Source: a virus
Taxonomy: Duplodnaviria; Caudoviricetes
Length of the DNA stretch: 64,000 bases
Strand: one strand, 5' to 3'
IMG/VR virus record: IMGVR_UViG_3300028909_000001
The notes under the pieces were generated by a model, which was given only the letters and a program-made list of their open reading frames with translations, had not been told where the DNA came from and ran no database searches. This document shows positions 49,105-58,542 of this stretch, in pieces; position 1 is the stretch's first letter; each line of letters opens with the position of its first letter. Position numbers and translations under genes: made by a program.

Positions 49105-49608
49105 ATGCATACTTTATTCACATTGTTCGCAGTTGGCACCTTAGCTTTCTGGTTGCTACTCATAATTGCCAATCTGATATTGGCAGCCGCTATTGATCAC
49201 AATAAACCAGTATTTGGAAGTATAGTTCTGGCTAGTTTGATTTTTATGTGTTGGGAACCTATTCATCATCATTTAACTTTGGGTTCAGTCATTCTTTATT
49301 CTTTCTGTTATTTAGTGATAGGAATGCTTTGGTCCATTTTTCGGTGGTTCAAGTTTTCTGCAAAAATAATAGAAAAATTTAAAACAGCATACGGCAATGA
49401 ATTAAGTGAAGTTCAATTAATGAGTTTAAAAAGTGAGCTATCCTTGTCTTATTGGAAGTCTAAGATTATAACTTGGATTGCTTATTGGCCTTGGAGTGTG
49501 TTTTGGAATTTGTTCGGTGATATATTTGAAGCAATTTACAACAACCTCAGTAAGGTCTATTCTAGTGTTTCTCAGTATCAATTACGTAAGTTTAAGTCTA
49601 AGGAATAG
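49105..49608 (+). CDS. Multi-pass membrane protein
   Basis: 3-4 hydrophobic segments; WIAYWPWS. Confidence 0.65.
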   Translation: MHTLFTLFAVGTLAFWLLLIIANLILAAAIDHNKPVFGSIVLASLIFMCWEPIHHHLTLGSVILYSFCYLVIGMLWSIFRWFKFSAKIIEKFKTAYGNELSEVQLMSLKSELSLSYWKSKIITWIAYWPWSVFWNLFGDIFEAIYNNLSKVYSSVSQYQLRKFKSKE

Positions 49609-49612
49609 TTTT

Positions 49613-49746
49613 GCAGGTAGTGGTGGAATTGGCAGACGCAACGGATAGTAGGCTTACCTGACTTCAATCAGTAGCCGGTCTCCGTCGACGAACGTAGCAT
49701 TGAAGATATTAGATTCGTCTTGTAGGTTCGAATCCTACCTCCTGCA
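49613..49746 (+). ncRNA. Oversized tRNA-like RNA (Leu/Ser-type scaffold, 35-nt insert in the anticodon loop)
   Basis: D arm GGTGGAATTGGCAGAC, stem ACGGA/TCCGT, long variable arm, GTAGG-TTCGAAT-CCTAC, CTCCTGC-A. Confidence 0.7.
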
Positions 49747-49903
49747 CTAAATAATAAAGCCCCCTTAGTCGAAAACCTGATTCAATTATCAGGAGAATAA
49801 CAAAAATAAAGGATAAGTTCTTTAATAGAATCAAATCCTTCTTTAACTAAATTATACTAGCATATTATAATTTAGTAGTGTAACATTTTCTTATATGCTT
49901 TAT

Positions 49904-50315
49904 GGGCGTGTAACATAATCGACTTATTTTAGAAAGATATGACAGCAAGCGGTAGAAGCATTCTCGGCTACCTAAAAATGAATGCAAACGTTAAATGCTA
50001 ACAAAATGAGCATTCTTGATGAAGCGATGGCGATTTCTGCGCAAGCGGATGAGTTCGTTCCCTCCGTCAATGAAGTGTTGGTTTAACCAATACCGGTTCC
50101 TGGTCTGAAACTTATGGGACTAACGAACCGTAATCTATAAGTGAGTTGTGATAGTTTAGTCTATGTACTATTACAATCTAATTAACAAGGACAAAATACT
50201 GGAATAGCTAAGGTTGAGTCAGTTCCTTATTCTAGTATTAAAATTCTGGCTAAGCTTGTAGAAATCATATTGTTTTGAAGTAAACACGTTGGTGAGAATC
50301 CAACCACGTCCACCA
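49904..50315 (+). ncRNA. ssrA: tmRNA
   Basis: GGGCGTG/CACGTCC-A-CCA with G3:U70; 5' ...ATCGAC; tag ORF 49997-50086 ANKMSILDEAMAISAQADEFVPSVNEVLV*. Confidence 0.85.
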
Positions 50316-50352
50316 CTTTCCCTGTCAATTTCATTATTTGACAGGCCTTAAT

Positions 50353-50492
50353 GCCGTGAATTATTAACTGTACGTTGTTGGCTAGAGCGCGCGTTAATCT
50401 AGCTAATTAATGTCTTTTGAAAAAGTAGCTCAATAAGAAGAGCACCGAAGTAAATTCGGCCGATGTCGGTTCAAATCCGGCCCACGGCTCCG
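50353..50492 (+). ncRNA. Aberrant tRNA-like element
   Basis: D arm, 5-nt-loop anticodon-like arm CCGAA-GTAAA-TTCGG, T arm and CCACGGC; the matching 5' strand GCCGTG lies about 65 nt upstream of the D arm. Confidence 0.45.
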
Positions 50493-50605
50493 CTTTCATC
50501 ATTATAGGTCACGAATATTATGATGATATTACAGTACTTCATACTCGTTCCTGCTAAATATTTAGTCATCACGTAAGCTGAAGTACTGTACTAATTTTAA
50601 TCCTA

Positions 50606-50679
50606 GACGGTATGGCTGAATGGCAAAGCACTTGTCTGCAAAACAAGTTTCATAGGTTCAATTCCTATTACCGTCTCCA
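50606..50679 (+). tRNA. tRNA-Cys(GCA)
   Basis: CTTGT-CTGCAAA-ACAAG; GACGGTA/TACCGTC-T-CCA. Confidence 0.9.
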
Positions 50680-50702
50680 ACCAAAGCAACAAAACTAAAA
50701 CA

Positions 50703-50954
50703 ATGAAAAATTCTAAAATTATATTTATAGATGGACATAGGTTAGTTTTATCAGCTATAACTAATTATTATGCATATAATGAGTTTGATAGTCCATCACC
50801 TCAACCTAGAGATCTACTTAAAGCATGGTTGTATATTGGACTTACTGGTAATAAAGGTATTAATCTCAAGTATAAGGAAGGGTCAAAACGTGACCAGGCT
50901 TTAAAACAATTAGATGAAGCTTTTGAATACTATGAAAATAACAAAAAGATATAA
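50703..50954 (+). CDS. Hypothetical protein
   Basis: ORF. Confidence 0.55.
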   Translation: MKNSKIIFIDGHRLVLSAITNYYAYNEFDSPSPQPRDLLKAWLYIGLTGNKGINLKYKEGSKRDQALKQLDEAFEYYENNKKI

Positions 50955-51447
50955 TAGATGGTATGACGAAAACAATAATAGCTGGTTATCAGAAGAATTA
51001 GCTACTCTATACTCACCTACCCTAACCGGTTGTACTAGTTGTATTGATTGTGGTTGGTGTGATAATTGTAGTAGTTGTAATAATTGTAGTAATTGTAGAT
51101 ATTGCAATGATTGTATTTATTGTAAAGGTTGTAATGGTTGCTATGATTGTAGAGATTGTAATAGTTGTAATTATTGTAGAGATTGTAGAGATTGTATAAG
51201 TTGTATTACTTGTATTGGTTTCAAATCTAACCCACAAAGATTTACTTCTTCTAAAATTGGTTCTAGAAACGCTCAAACTACCATTTATTGGGTAGGAAAG
51301 AATGTTCAAGTAGATTGTGGTTGTTTTACAGGAAATTTGACTGAGTTCAAAAACAAAGTAGAAAAGACTCATAAAAACAATAAGTTTGGTAAGCAGTATA
51401 AGAAGTTAATCAATCTGGTTGAACACATTATCAAAACCAAAATCTGA
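50932..51447 (+). CDS. Cys-x-x repeat protein fused to a GSR...CGCF C-terminal domain (no tail)
   Basis: Head from the ATG at 50932; C-terminal IGSRNAQTTIYW...CGCFTGNLTEFKNKV...Y, a domain common after phage repeat proteins. Confidence 0.8.
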   Translation: MKITKRYNRWYDENNNSWLSEELATLYSPTLTGCTSCIDCGWCDNCSSCNNCSNCRYCNDCIYCKGCNGCYDCRDCNSCNYCRDCRDCISCITCIGFKSNPQRFTSSKIGSRNAQTTIYWVGKNVQVDCGCFTGNLTEFKNKVEKTHKNNKFGKQYKKLINLVEHIIKTKI

Positions 51448-51450
51448 TTT

Positions 51451-52437
51451 ATGGAAGAGCCAAAAACTGAAAAAATAACTATAGTGACCCATACAGGAAT
51501 TTTTCACGCCGATGAAGTATTTGCTTGTGCCACCCTTCAACTACTTTATTCTGAAGAGATCCCTGTAACGGTAATAAGAAGTCGTGATCCTGTTGATTGG
51601 ATAGGTGCTGATTATTTGGTAGACGTTGGGGGTGAGTATGATGCTCTTAATGGTAAGTTTGATCATCACCAACCTGGATTTAATAGTTGTAGGGAGGATG
51701 GGACACTCTATAGCTCATTTGGTCTAGTCTGGTTAGCTCATGGTTGGCAAGTTGTAAGTTATCTTCTTTATGATTGTATGCAGAAGTTAAAGATTTATGA
51801 CTCCAACTTAGAATTTGATGTTGTTGATAAAGTTGATAACTTCGTCAAAAGTATTGATTGGCAGGACCAAGGTCAACTAAACATTGTAGCTAGAAATAGT
51901 AGTCATTCAGAACTCATTTGTGAAGTAGCTACAATTCAATCAATTATAAGTAGTTTTAATCCAATTCCTTTAGTAGGCTATGATTTAGATGATGATGCAT
52001 TTAAACTAGCGGTTGGTACTGCTGGTATTGTGCTTACTAGATTGATCTTAAAGAAGGCTAGTGAGATTCTGGCCAAGCCTTATATCGAAGCTAGGATTAG
52101 CAAGCATAGTCCTTTCTTATACTTAGAGGAGTTTTGTACTTGGTATGATGTGGTAAAAGACCATCCTCATATAACCCATGTAATATTTCCTAACCAGGAA
52201 AAAACTGCTCATGTAGTCACAGCAGTCAGAATGGATGGCAATCAAAGTAATGGCCCGGAAAATCTTAGAATACCATTTCCTAAAGAATGGGCAGGATTAA
52301 CTGACCAAAAACTTCAAGCAATTTCGGGAGTAGAAGAGGCAATATTCTGTCATTCTGCTCAATTCCTGGCAACCGCAAAAACAATAGAAGGAGCAACAAA
52401 ACTAGCAATAGCAGCAACCAAACAAAATGAATTATGA
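51451..52437 (+). CDS. MYG1 (UPF0160) family metal-dependent hydrolase/exonuclease
   Basis: THTGIFHADEV, DVGGEYD, FDHHQ, SSFGLVW and FCHSAQF. Confidence 0.85.
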   Translation: MEEPKTEKITIVTHTGIFHADEVFACATLQLLYSEEIPVTVIRSRDPVDWIGADYLVDVGGEYDALNGKFDHHQPGFNSCREDGTLYSSFGLVWLAHGWQVVSYLLYDCMQKLKIYDSNLEFDVVDKVDNFVKSIDWQDQGQLNIVARNSSHSELICEVATIQSIISSFNPIPLVGYDLDDDAFKLAVGTAGIVLTRLILKKASEILAKPYIEARISKHSPFLYLEEFCTWYDVVKDHPHITHVIFPNQEKTAHVVTAVRMDGNQSNGPENLRIPFPKEWAGLTDQKLQAISGVEEAIFCHSAQFLATAKTIEGATKLAIAATKQNEL

Positions 52438-53084
52438 ATGAAAAAGTAGAAGACAAACAAAAGAAACCAGCAAAAAGGAAATGGCTTGGCAAAGTTACAG
52501 ATACAAATGTGATTGTGCTGGCTGACATTTTTGAGAATCTGGAAAAGCCAACCACAATTCGTACTACTCTGGAAAAATTGAATTACACTGTAAACGTTGA
52601 AGTAAAGCGGTTTAGTGACTGGGATGGTGTATCATTGACAAATGTGTGGAAGGAAAAATTGAGAAGATTGGGGGCAACCAATAAAGCTCAATATGTCCAT
52701 GCCCTTTCAAAGTTTAAGCGTATGTGCCAGGATGTACTTCAACCAGTACATCAACTTCATGCAAGACGAGAATTGGATGTTCTGAATGAAATTGCTGGTG
52801 GTATAGCTGAAAATTATGCCCGGCATACTAATTATATTTTTCCTAACGGCGGATCAACCAAAGTATCATTTACACATCCAGTTACTGGTAAGGTATATAC
52901 TGGAGAGTCTAAATGTTTTGTTCTTGATCCTTTTAATCATACGAAAGGTTTGCAAAGTGCCTGGGGTCAGCTTTACGGGTCACTTCTCGAAGATTTTCCT
53001 ACCGGTAAAAAGTTAGCGAAGCGGATGGTTAAACAGATAGTTAATGATTCTACGGAACACACACAAAACACACAAAACCAGTAA
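52434..53084 (+). CDS. Hypothetical protein
   Basis: 216-aa ORF. Confidence 0.65.
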   Translation: MNEKVEDKQKKPAKRKWLGKVTDTNVIVLADIFENLEKPTTIRTTLEKLNYTVNVEVKRFSDWDGVSLTNVWKEKLRRLGATNKAQYVHALSKFKRMCQDVLQPVHQLHARRELDVLNEIAGGIAENYARHTNYIFPNGGSTKVSFTHPVTGKVYTGESKCFVLDPFNHTKGLQSAWGQLYGSLLEDFPTGKKLAKRMVKQIVNDSTEHTQNTQNQ

Positions 53085-53118
53085 ACCAAAGTTAGTAAAC
53101 CACAAACAAAAATAGTAT

Positions 53119-53907
53119 ATGGAAACACAAAACTTGCCGGAAACTGAAGTCACACCCTCTCTTACAGAGGTCATTCTCACTGCTTATCGTAATGCAGTGA
53201 ACAACCTGGAAAACATTCAAAGCAAGGAGGAATTCGAAATTGAGAAAATCCGGCTAGCTCATGGATACCGGGAAGGCTCTGCGGTTGTTGGTGTTACTGA
53301 CTTCCTCTCAGTAGAAGCCATGTTTATGGAGGTCATTTCTCATCCTACCAGTATGGATAAGAATTTGACCTCTGTTACGGCTGATGGTGACATGGCCTGG
53401 GTCTTCAACTTGGTGGATTCTTATAAGGGGAAAGGTCACAGCACCATCGCTACTATTGCGGAAATCGAAAAGGCGAACTGGGGCAAATCTTTGGGTATTG
53501 CCAAGGACTATGATCCGGAGCATAACACCTACTCCTATGTAGCCCATGCAGCCGGGTTCAGGTTCTTGAAGTGTGATGTGATTACGATCATCACATCCCA
53601 GGACCAGCAGACTTTCCTGGCCTGGTTCTGCGGTAAACCGAAGAAAATATGGACACCCAGCAATGTGCATACTCTTCTCTCCAAGAATGGTAATATCGAT
53701 ATAGGAGAGTTGGAGGTACATATCGGCGTGGATTACGAGAAGCGGAACGAATTCCGGCGCAACCAGTTTAAAGGGAGCTATAACTTCAGCAAGGTGAAAT
53801 CCAAGCCCAAAATCAAGTTCGTTGCCCCTCCTCCAATCAACTCGATGCAGGAGGCTATGGCGGATTTGGATAAGGTGTTGGAGGAATCTGAACAGCACAA
53901 ATCATAA
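53119..53907 (+). CDS. Hypothetical protein with elevated GC content
   Basis: 262-aa ORF with many C/G-ending codons. Confidence 0.65.
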   Translation: METQNLPETEVTPSLTEVILTAYRNAVNNLENIQSKEEFEIEKIRLAHGYREGSAVVGVTDFLSVEAMFMEVISHPTSMDKNLTSVTADGDMAWVFNLVDSYKGKGHSTIATIAEIEKANWGKSLGIAKDYDPEHNTYSYVAHAAGFRFLKCDVITIITSQDQQTFLAWFCGKPKKIWTPSNVHTLLSKNGNIDIGELEVHIGVDYEKRNEFRRNQFKGSYNFSKVKSKPKIKFVAPPPINSMQEAMADLDKVLEESEQHKS

Positions 53908-53918
53908 CCTTCTCCTAC

Positions 53919-54149
53919 ATGCCTAAACATAAAAAGGGATCAGGTTGGAAAAGGTCCTACTACGAAGCCCAAAAATCAGTCACTATCCGTCATAAAAAGC
54001 AGCAGTTGGCTAAACGAGTTGCTAAACGGGATATGTGGATTAAGAAGGGTGTGAAGAAGAATGGTAAGAAAGTGTTGAGTTTGGCTGATCGGAAAGCCCA
54101 AAAGCTTAATCACAATACCGGTCACAAATCAAAGCCTGAAAAGGCCTAG
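53919..54149 (+). CDS. Small basic protein
   Basis: K/R-rich ORF. Confidence 0.5.
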   Translation: MPKHKKGSGWKRSYYEAQKSVTIRHKKQQLAKRVAKRDMWIKKGVKKNGKKVLSLADRKAQKLNHNTGHKSKPEKA

Positions 54150-54535
54150 ATATGTTCTTGTAGAAACATCATTAATTGCTGATAGAATTCGGGAGGTAGC
54201 CAGGTTTTAATAGCTAAAGCTGCCTCCCGAATTGCTTGTAAGGAACGTGTGCTGGTTATTTGCCACATAACATTATGGTGTTTATCACGGTTTATTCTAC
54301 TAACCGTCCCACCCCACTCTTGCTGCAAAGCTAGAGCCAAATACCTTTTAGTTTCAGGTAGATAAATTCGCATTCGTTTCTTATTATGGTTTATACACCA
54401 TTTAGAGGCAATTATACCTAATAAGAAAATGAACAAGAAGTTAACTTCCTCTGGTTGGTTGGCATTATTTATTCTAGTAGCTGGTTTATATGAAACTGGT
54501 TTGTTATTTAAAGTAGTAGTTATAGTATTTTCCAT
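54146..54535 (-). CDS. Degenerate LAGLIDADG-like protein
   Basis: FLLGIIAS helix followed by RIYL...LQQEWGGTV...WQITS; ATG at 54535. Confidence 0.4.
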   Translation of the reverse strand: MENTITTTLNNKPVSYKPATRINNANQPEEVNFLFIFLLGIIASKWCINHNKKRMRIYLPETKRYLALALQQEWGGTVSRINRDKHHNVMWQITSTRSLQAIREAALAIKTWLPPEFYQQLMMFLQEHI

Positions 54536-54665
54536 AAAAATAATGTGGGCGATTTTTAAGTATGATTGGTGTGCTGCTGATACAATCAAAAAACCTAGAG
54601 AGAAAGTGAAACTTCCTGCACCTTTGGCAGAAAAACTGGCTAAAAGGAACAAAACATAATTTTGC

Positions 54666-54693
54666 GCCCCTCCTATTCTTTAGTAGGAGGGGC
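54666..54693. terminator. GC-rich hairpin, likely terminator of the - strand block
   Basis: GCCCCTCCTAT/GTAGGAGGGGC. Confidence 0.55.
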
Positions 54694-54779
54694 CTAGTAT
54701 TGAACTGCTTTAGTTTGACTACAAGATGGAGAACTGTAGGGAAATTTTCTCTATAAGTTTTCCAGCTCATTTTTATTTT

Positions 54780-55574
54780 TTAGCTAGCAGATATAGTTAA
54801 GGTATTAGTAGCTGGATTTAAACTTAATGTAATATTAGCCCCAGCAACTATGGTTAAGGTAGTATTAGTAGATGATAATGCGTTATTGCCACCTACAGTA
54901 ACTTGATTGAAGGGTAGTCCGGTATCTAAAGTAGTAGCCGAATTAGCGTGTAGAGCATTATTAGCAGTAACAGCAGTACTGGCAGATTGCACACTAATAT
55001 TATATGCACCACTAAGCAAGCTTGATCCGATAGTACCATTAACTAGATTAGATGCATTAGTAAAGTAATCTCCTCGCTGACTACCAATTACACTATTAAC
55101 ATAAAGATAATTTGCTGTTAAATTAGTTACTAGACTAGCATTAGAAACACTGAATGGAGGATTATTAGTGAATGAGACTAAACCTGTTATTGTACCTCCA
55201 GTATTAAGCAAGGTTTTCCCTGCTAATTCATTTATCGCAGCTTGAACATTAGTGCTGGAAAACCCAGCTCCAGTAAAAGGTAATACTCCAGAACCAGTAT
55301 AGCTTATCAATAACCAACCACTTAAGGAGTAAACATAGACTGAAGAACTATCTAATATAGCTATTTCACAAGTTTTAGGACTAGTAATACTTCCTAATCC
55401 ACCACCAATAGTCGTTACTTGATATACTGATTGGGTACTAGTGAATAAGGTTGCATCTATTACTCCAGAGTTATTAGTAGATACAAGATAGTTGGGAAAA
55501 TTGATGCCACCTAAAGTTGTGGCACCATTTATATTTAATCTACTAAGTATTTCTTGTAGTGATGGACTAGACAT
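54780..55574 (-). CDS. Virion fibre/structural-like protein
   Basis: T/S/N/G-rich; VQAAINELA and GGTITG patterns typical of tail-fibre proteins. Confidence 0.5.
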   Translation of the reverse strand: MSSPSLQEILSRLNINGATTLGGINFPNYLVSTNNSGVIDATLFTSTQSVYQVTTIGGGLGSITSPKTCEIAILDSSSVYVYSLSGWLLISYTGSGVLPFTGAGFSSTNVQAAINELAGKTLLNTGGTITGLVSFTNNPPFSVSNASLVTNLTANYLYVNSVIGSQRGDYFTNASNLVNGTIGSSLLSGAYNISVQSASTAVTANNALHANSATTLDTGLPFNQVTVGGNNALSSTNTTLTIVAGANITLSLNPATNTLTISAS

Positions 55575-55577
55575 AGG

Positions 55578-55913
55578 TTAGACTTTTTCCTCTTCACTAT
55601 TATCTTCTAAATCAGTCTCTGCACTCTTAAATACACTTCTAACTGAGTCATTATATACTCTAGTACAGATCTGTAATTGACTAGTTCCACTCTCACCCAA
55701 GTATAAACCTTTAACTTTACTTACCTGACTACAACCAATACAAGTCCATCTATCTCTAGTAGTATTCATTAACTTAAGTGCCTCTAACCTTTCAGCTGGT
55801 ATGGTCTTTTCACAGATCAGACAGGTAGTAGGATAAGTTACTTCTTTAAGTATTTTAGCCTTACCTAGAATAGCGTCAGTAGTTGTAGTTTTGGGTTTGT
55901 TTGGTTTAGACAT
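55578..55913 (-). CDS. DksA/TraR C4-type zinc-finger protein
   Basis: CLICEKTIPAERLEAL...CIGC. Confidence 0.7.
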   Translation of the reverse strand: MSKPNKPKTTTTDAILGKAKILKEVTYPTTCLICEKTIPAERLEALKLMNTTRDRWTCIGCSQVSKVKGLYLGESGTSQLQICTRVYNDSVRSVFKSAETDLEDNSEEEKV

Positions 55914-55915
55914 AA

Positions 55916-57670
55916 TTATTGTTGCTGCCCGCCTTGAGCTTGTTGTTTGCTTCCTTGTACTCCCTGTGACTTAGCCTGACTAGTCATATCGTCCAAAGCA
56001 GATTTAACACTAGACCATAATGTTTGATTAGTAGCTTTAATCTTCTGCAATTCAGTTCTGCGTTGTGCTCCATCTAACGGGAATAGTTGTTGAGCAATAG
56101 TCTGGGCTTGTTGCAATACATCACCTGGACTAGAACCACCTTGTTGATTAGATTGACCAGATTCAGCCATTTGCTTAAGTTGATCTTTAATTTGTTGTTC
56201 TTCCTGCAATTCTTTTGTAATCTCATCTTCTTCCATCTTCTTCTTGAGCTGGTCTTTGAAGTCGAGATGGTAAATGTCGAGCAAGGTACTTCTAGCAATT
56301 GAATTAGCACTGACTAATTGACCAATAATACTCTTACGTTCAATATCATCTGAAAGAGTGACTGGCAATATACTCACCTTAGCCTTGGCATATCCTTGAA
56401 TTTTACTAATGATATCTGCTATTTCTTGTAATAAGTTATTATATACATCAATCATAAAAGACCAGCTATTCTCAAATAATCTAAGTGCTGGACTCATAGC
56501 TTGTACTTGTAGATTCATGGTATATAGTTCTTGAGGTATATTAAGGGCATTAAGAATATTACCTATAGTGTTCTGAATAAGCTCAGTAGGTGCAATTTGT
56601 TTACCATCACCACCTAAATGGTCATATTGAAATGGAAAGGGGAACATATGATAAGCACCTGGGTCTTGTCTATGCTTCTCTATCATATTATTTATGTGTG
56701 CCTTCCATTGACTTGCATTTTGATGAATAACAGGACTTGTTTGCCTATTATCTCCACCAGGTTGAGCCATGCTAAATACTCTAAAAGGAACTATATCTTC
56801 AAACATTATAGTTTCATTATAACGTTCTAATACTTTAAGCATGAAGAACGAATCCCATAAATAAATACAAAGTGGAATACCCTTACCAGTTTGAGGCATA
56901 AGAACTGGAGTAGGTGTTTTAATATGTACAAAGTTCTTATTGTTAAATGCAAACAATCTTTTATTATAAATAGCATCAAATATAGGTTTAGGAGTAACCT
57001 TGCTAAAAAACTTATTGTTTACTTGAGTGACTTTACTGCTGTATTCTTGAGGAATATCCCACAAGTATTCTGAGGTATTGGTAGTTCTATCAAATCTAAT
57101 CTGAATTTCCCTAGGATTCCAGAAAATAAGGTTAAGTCTTTCCAGATCTTTACTAGGTTTATCTATGCATAAATGATCACCTTTAACCTGGCATTGAGGG
57201 CATTGAAGAATATAATGTCCTTTTGCTGTAAATTCATAATTGTCTATCTTTTGTATATTAGTAATTCTCTTACAACCTTCAGTCTGACATTGAAGGAATC
57301 TATCAAATCCCTGGGCTACAGAGACCATAAGATTGCCGGAAGACAACAAGTTTAATCCTGATTCTGCAAGTCTTTCTTTCCACTTAAGTTTTTCAAAGGC
57401 ATCTTCATATTTCTGTTTAGTATCAATATCATCACATTCTATCTTAAGAGAAGTAATGAAATAGTTAGCTATTCTCTCCAATGCGGTTCTGTAAAAGCCA
57501 AAGCGTACCAAAAAATGTGCAGACCACCAAATTTGATGGTCAATATTTAATGGTAGAAATTGCTGCGGGACCCCGTAGAAGGGATTAGAATATCTTAATG
57601 GTCCTGCACCAGCTCCAAAAAAGTTAGGTATCTGTGCATTATCAATTTCAGTTAAGTGGCCTTGGCTCAT
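55916..57670 (-). CDS. Putative portal protein
   Basis: 584 aa, mostly helical, ILNALNIPQEL-type segment, Q-rich tail; next to a fibre-like gene. Confidence 0.5.
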   Translation of the reverse strand: MSQGHLTEIDNAQIPNFFGAGAGPLRYSNPFYGVPQQFLPLNIDHQIWWSAHFLVRFGFYRTALERIANYFITSLKIECDDIDTKQKYEDAFEKLKWKERLAESGLNLLSSGNLMVSVAQGFDRFLQCQTEGCKRITNIQKIDNYEFTAKGHYILQCPQCQVKGDHLCIDKPSKDLERLNLIFWNPREIQIRFDRTTNTSEYLWDIPQEYSSKVTQVNNKFFSKVTPKPIFDAIYNKRLFAFNNKNFVHIKTPTPVLMPQTGKGIPLCIYLWDSFFMLKVLERYNETIMFEDIVPFRVFSMAQPGGDNRQTSPVIHQNASQWKAHINNMIEKHRQDPGAYHMFPFPFQYDHLGGDGKQIAPTELIQNTIGNILNALNIPQELYTMNLQVQAMSPALRLFENSWSFMIDVYNNLLQEIADIISKIQGYAKAKVSILPVTLSDDIERKSIIGQLVSANSIARSTLLDIYHLDFKDQLKKKMEEDEITKELQEEQQIKDQLKQMAESGQSNQQGGSSPGDVLQQAQTIAQQLFPLDGAQRRTELQKIKATNQTLWSSVKSALDDMTSQAKSQGVQGSKQQAQGGQQQ

Positions 57671-57806
57671 ATATTATTCTTTATAATTTGTGGATTACCA
57701 ATGATTTATTACTTTTCTCTGAATTCCCTACATAGCTATCCATAATGGTTGTAAATTAGTGTAGTTTAACTTAAGTACTCTTCTTTCATTTCTTCAGAAT
57801 TGTTAT

Positions 57807-58031
57807 TCACGCTTCACTAAAATCTACATAGAACACTTGTCCTGGTTTAAACTTGTCTGTTAAAGCTGGATTAGTAATAGTAAGTGAAGCTGAAGCTACG
57901 GGTGTATATTTAGAATAGCTATTATCTTCAGGATTGTCAGAATACTTAACAGTTAAGTTTAGTATTTGTCCATATTCAGTTAAAGTGATTGAATCTACTT
58001 TAAGCTTAGCTCTCATTATTGGATTATTCAT
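57807..58031 (-). CDS. Conserved small phage protein
   Basis: MRAKLKV...YSKYTP...ITNP...FKPG..FYVDF. Confidence 0.6.
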   Translation of the reverse strand: MNNPIMRAKLKVDSITLTEYGQILNLTVKYSDNPEDNSYSKYTPVASASLTITNPALTDKFKPGQVFYVDFSEA

Positions 58032-58542
58032 ATATTATTGTAGTTATCTAGTTAGTTGCATTAACTCCCAAACTAGGGTCCTGATGCAACAGAAACAGGT
58101 AGCTTTTTTAACTAGATAACTTAATGTTTTACGGTATCAGATAACAAATAAAAGTCAAGAAGATTTTTGCTTAGTAGGTTCAATTTCTATCAATTTAGGT
58201 TCTTTAAGCTTATCTTTGTTCTGCTCATCAGCAATCTCAGTACCTAGTTCATCATAGTACTTGGCCTTTTTAGTAAGGTCGAAATCTGAATGAGAGTCTT
58301 TATCTACGATGCCATATTTAATCATATAGTTTTTGGTGGTGCTTTTTGATCTAATGAATTTAGACTAGCAATACCTGCCACTACACCACTACCTAAAACT
58401 GTAGCACTATTAGATACAGCATCATATACTTTTCTGGTAGGAGAATGTTGTTCTTCTAGTTTTTCAGGTTCTGGTTCCATTGCCATCTTGATTAAATCAT
58501 TAATATCAATCATAGAATTAATTATAGCATCATTACTTATGT

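Noticed and set aside
53308-53898. 196-aa reverse-strand ORF
   Set aside because: It lies entirely antisense to the 53119 gene, and the higher GC there explains the lack of stops.
54186-54233. 15-bp inverted repeat as a mobile-element end
   Set aside because: It is a single hairpin at the convergence of the + and - transcription units, with no partner repeat; it is more simply a terminator.
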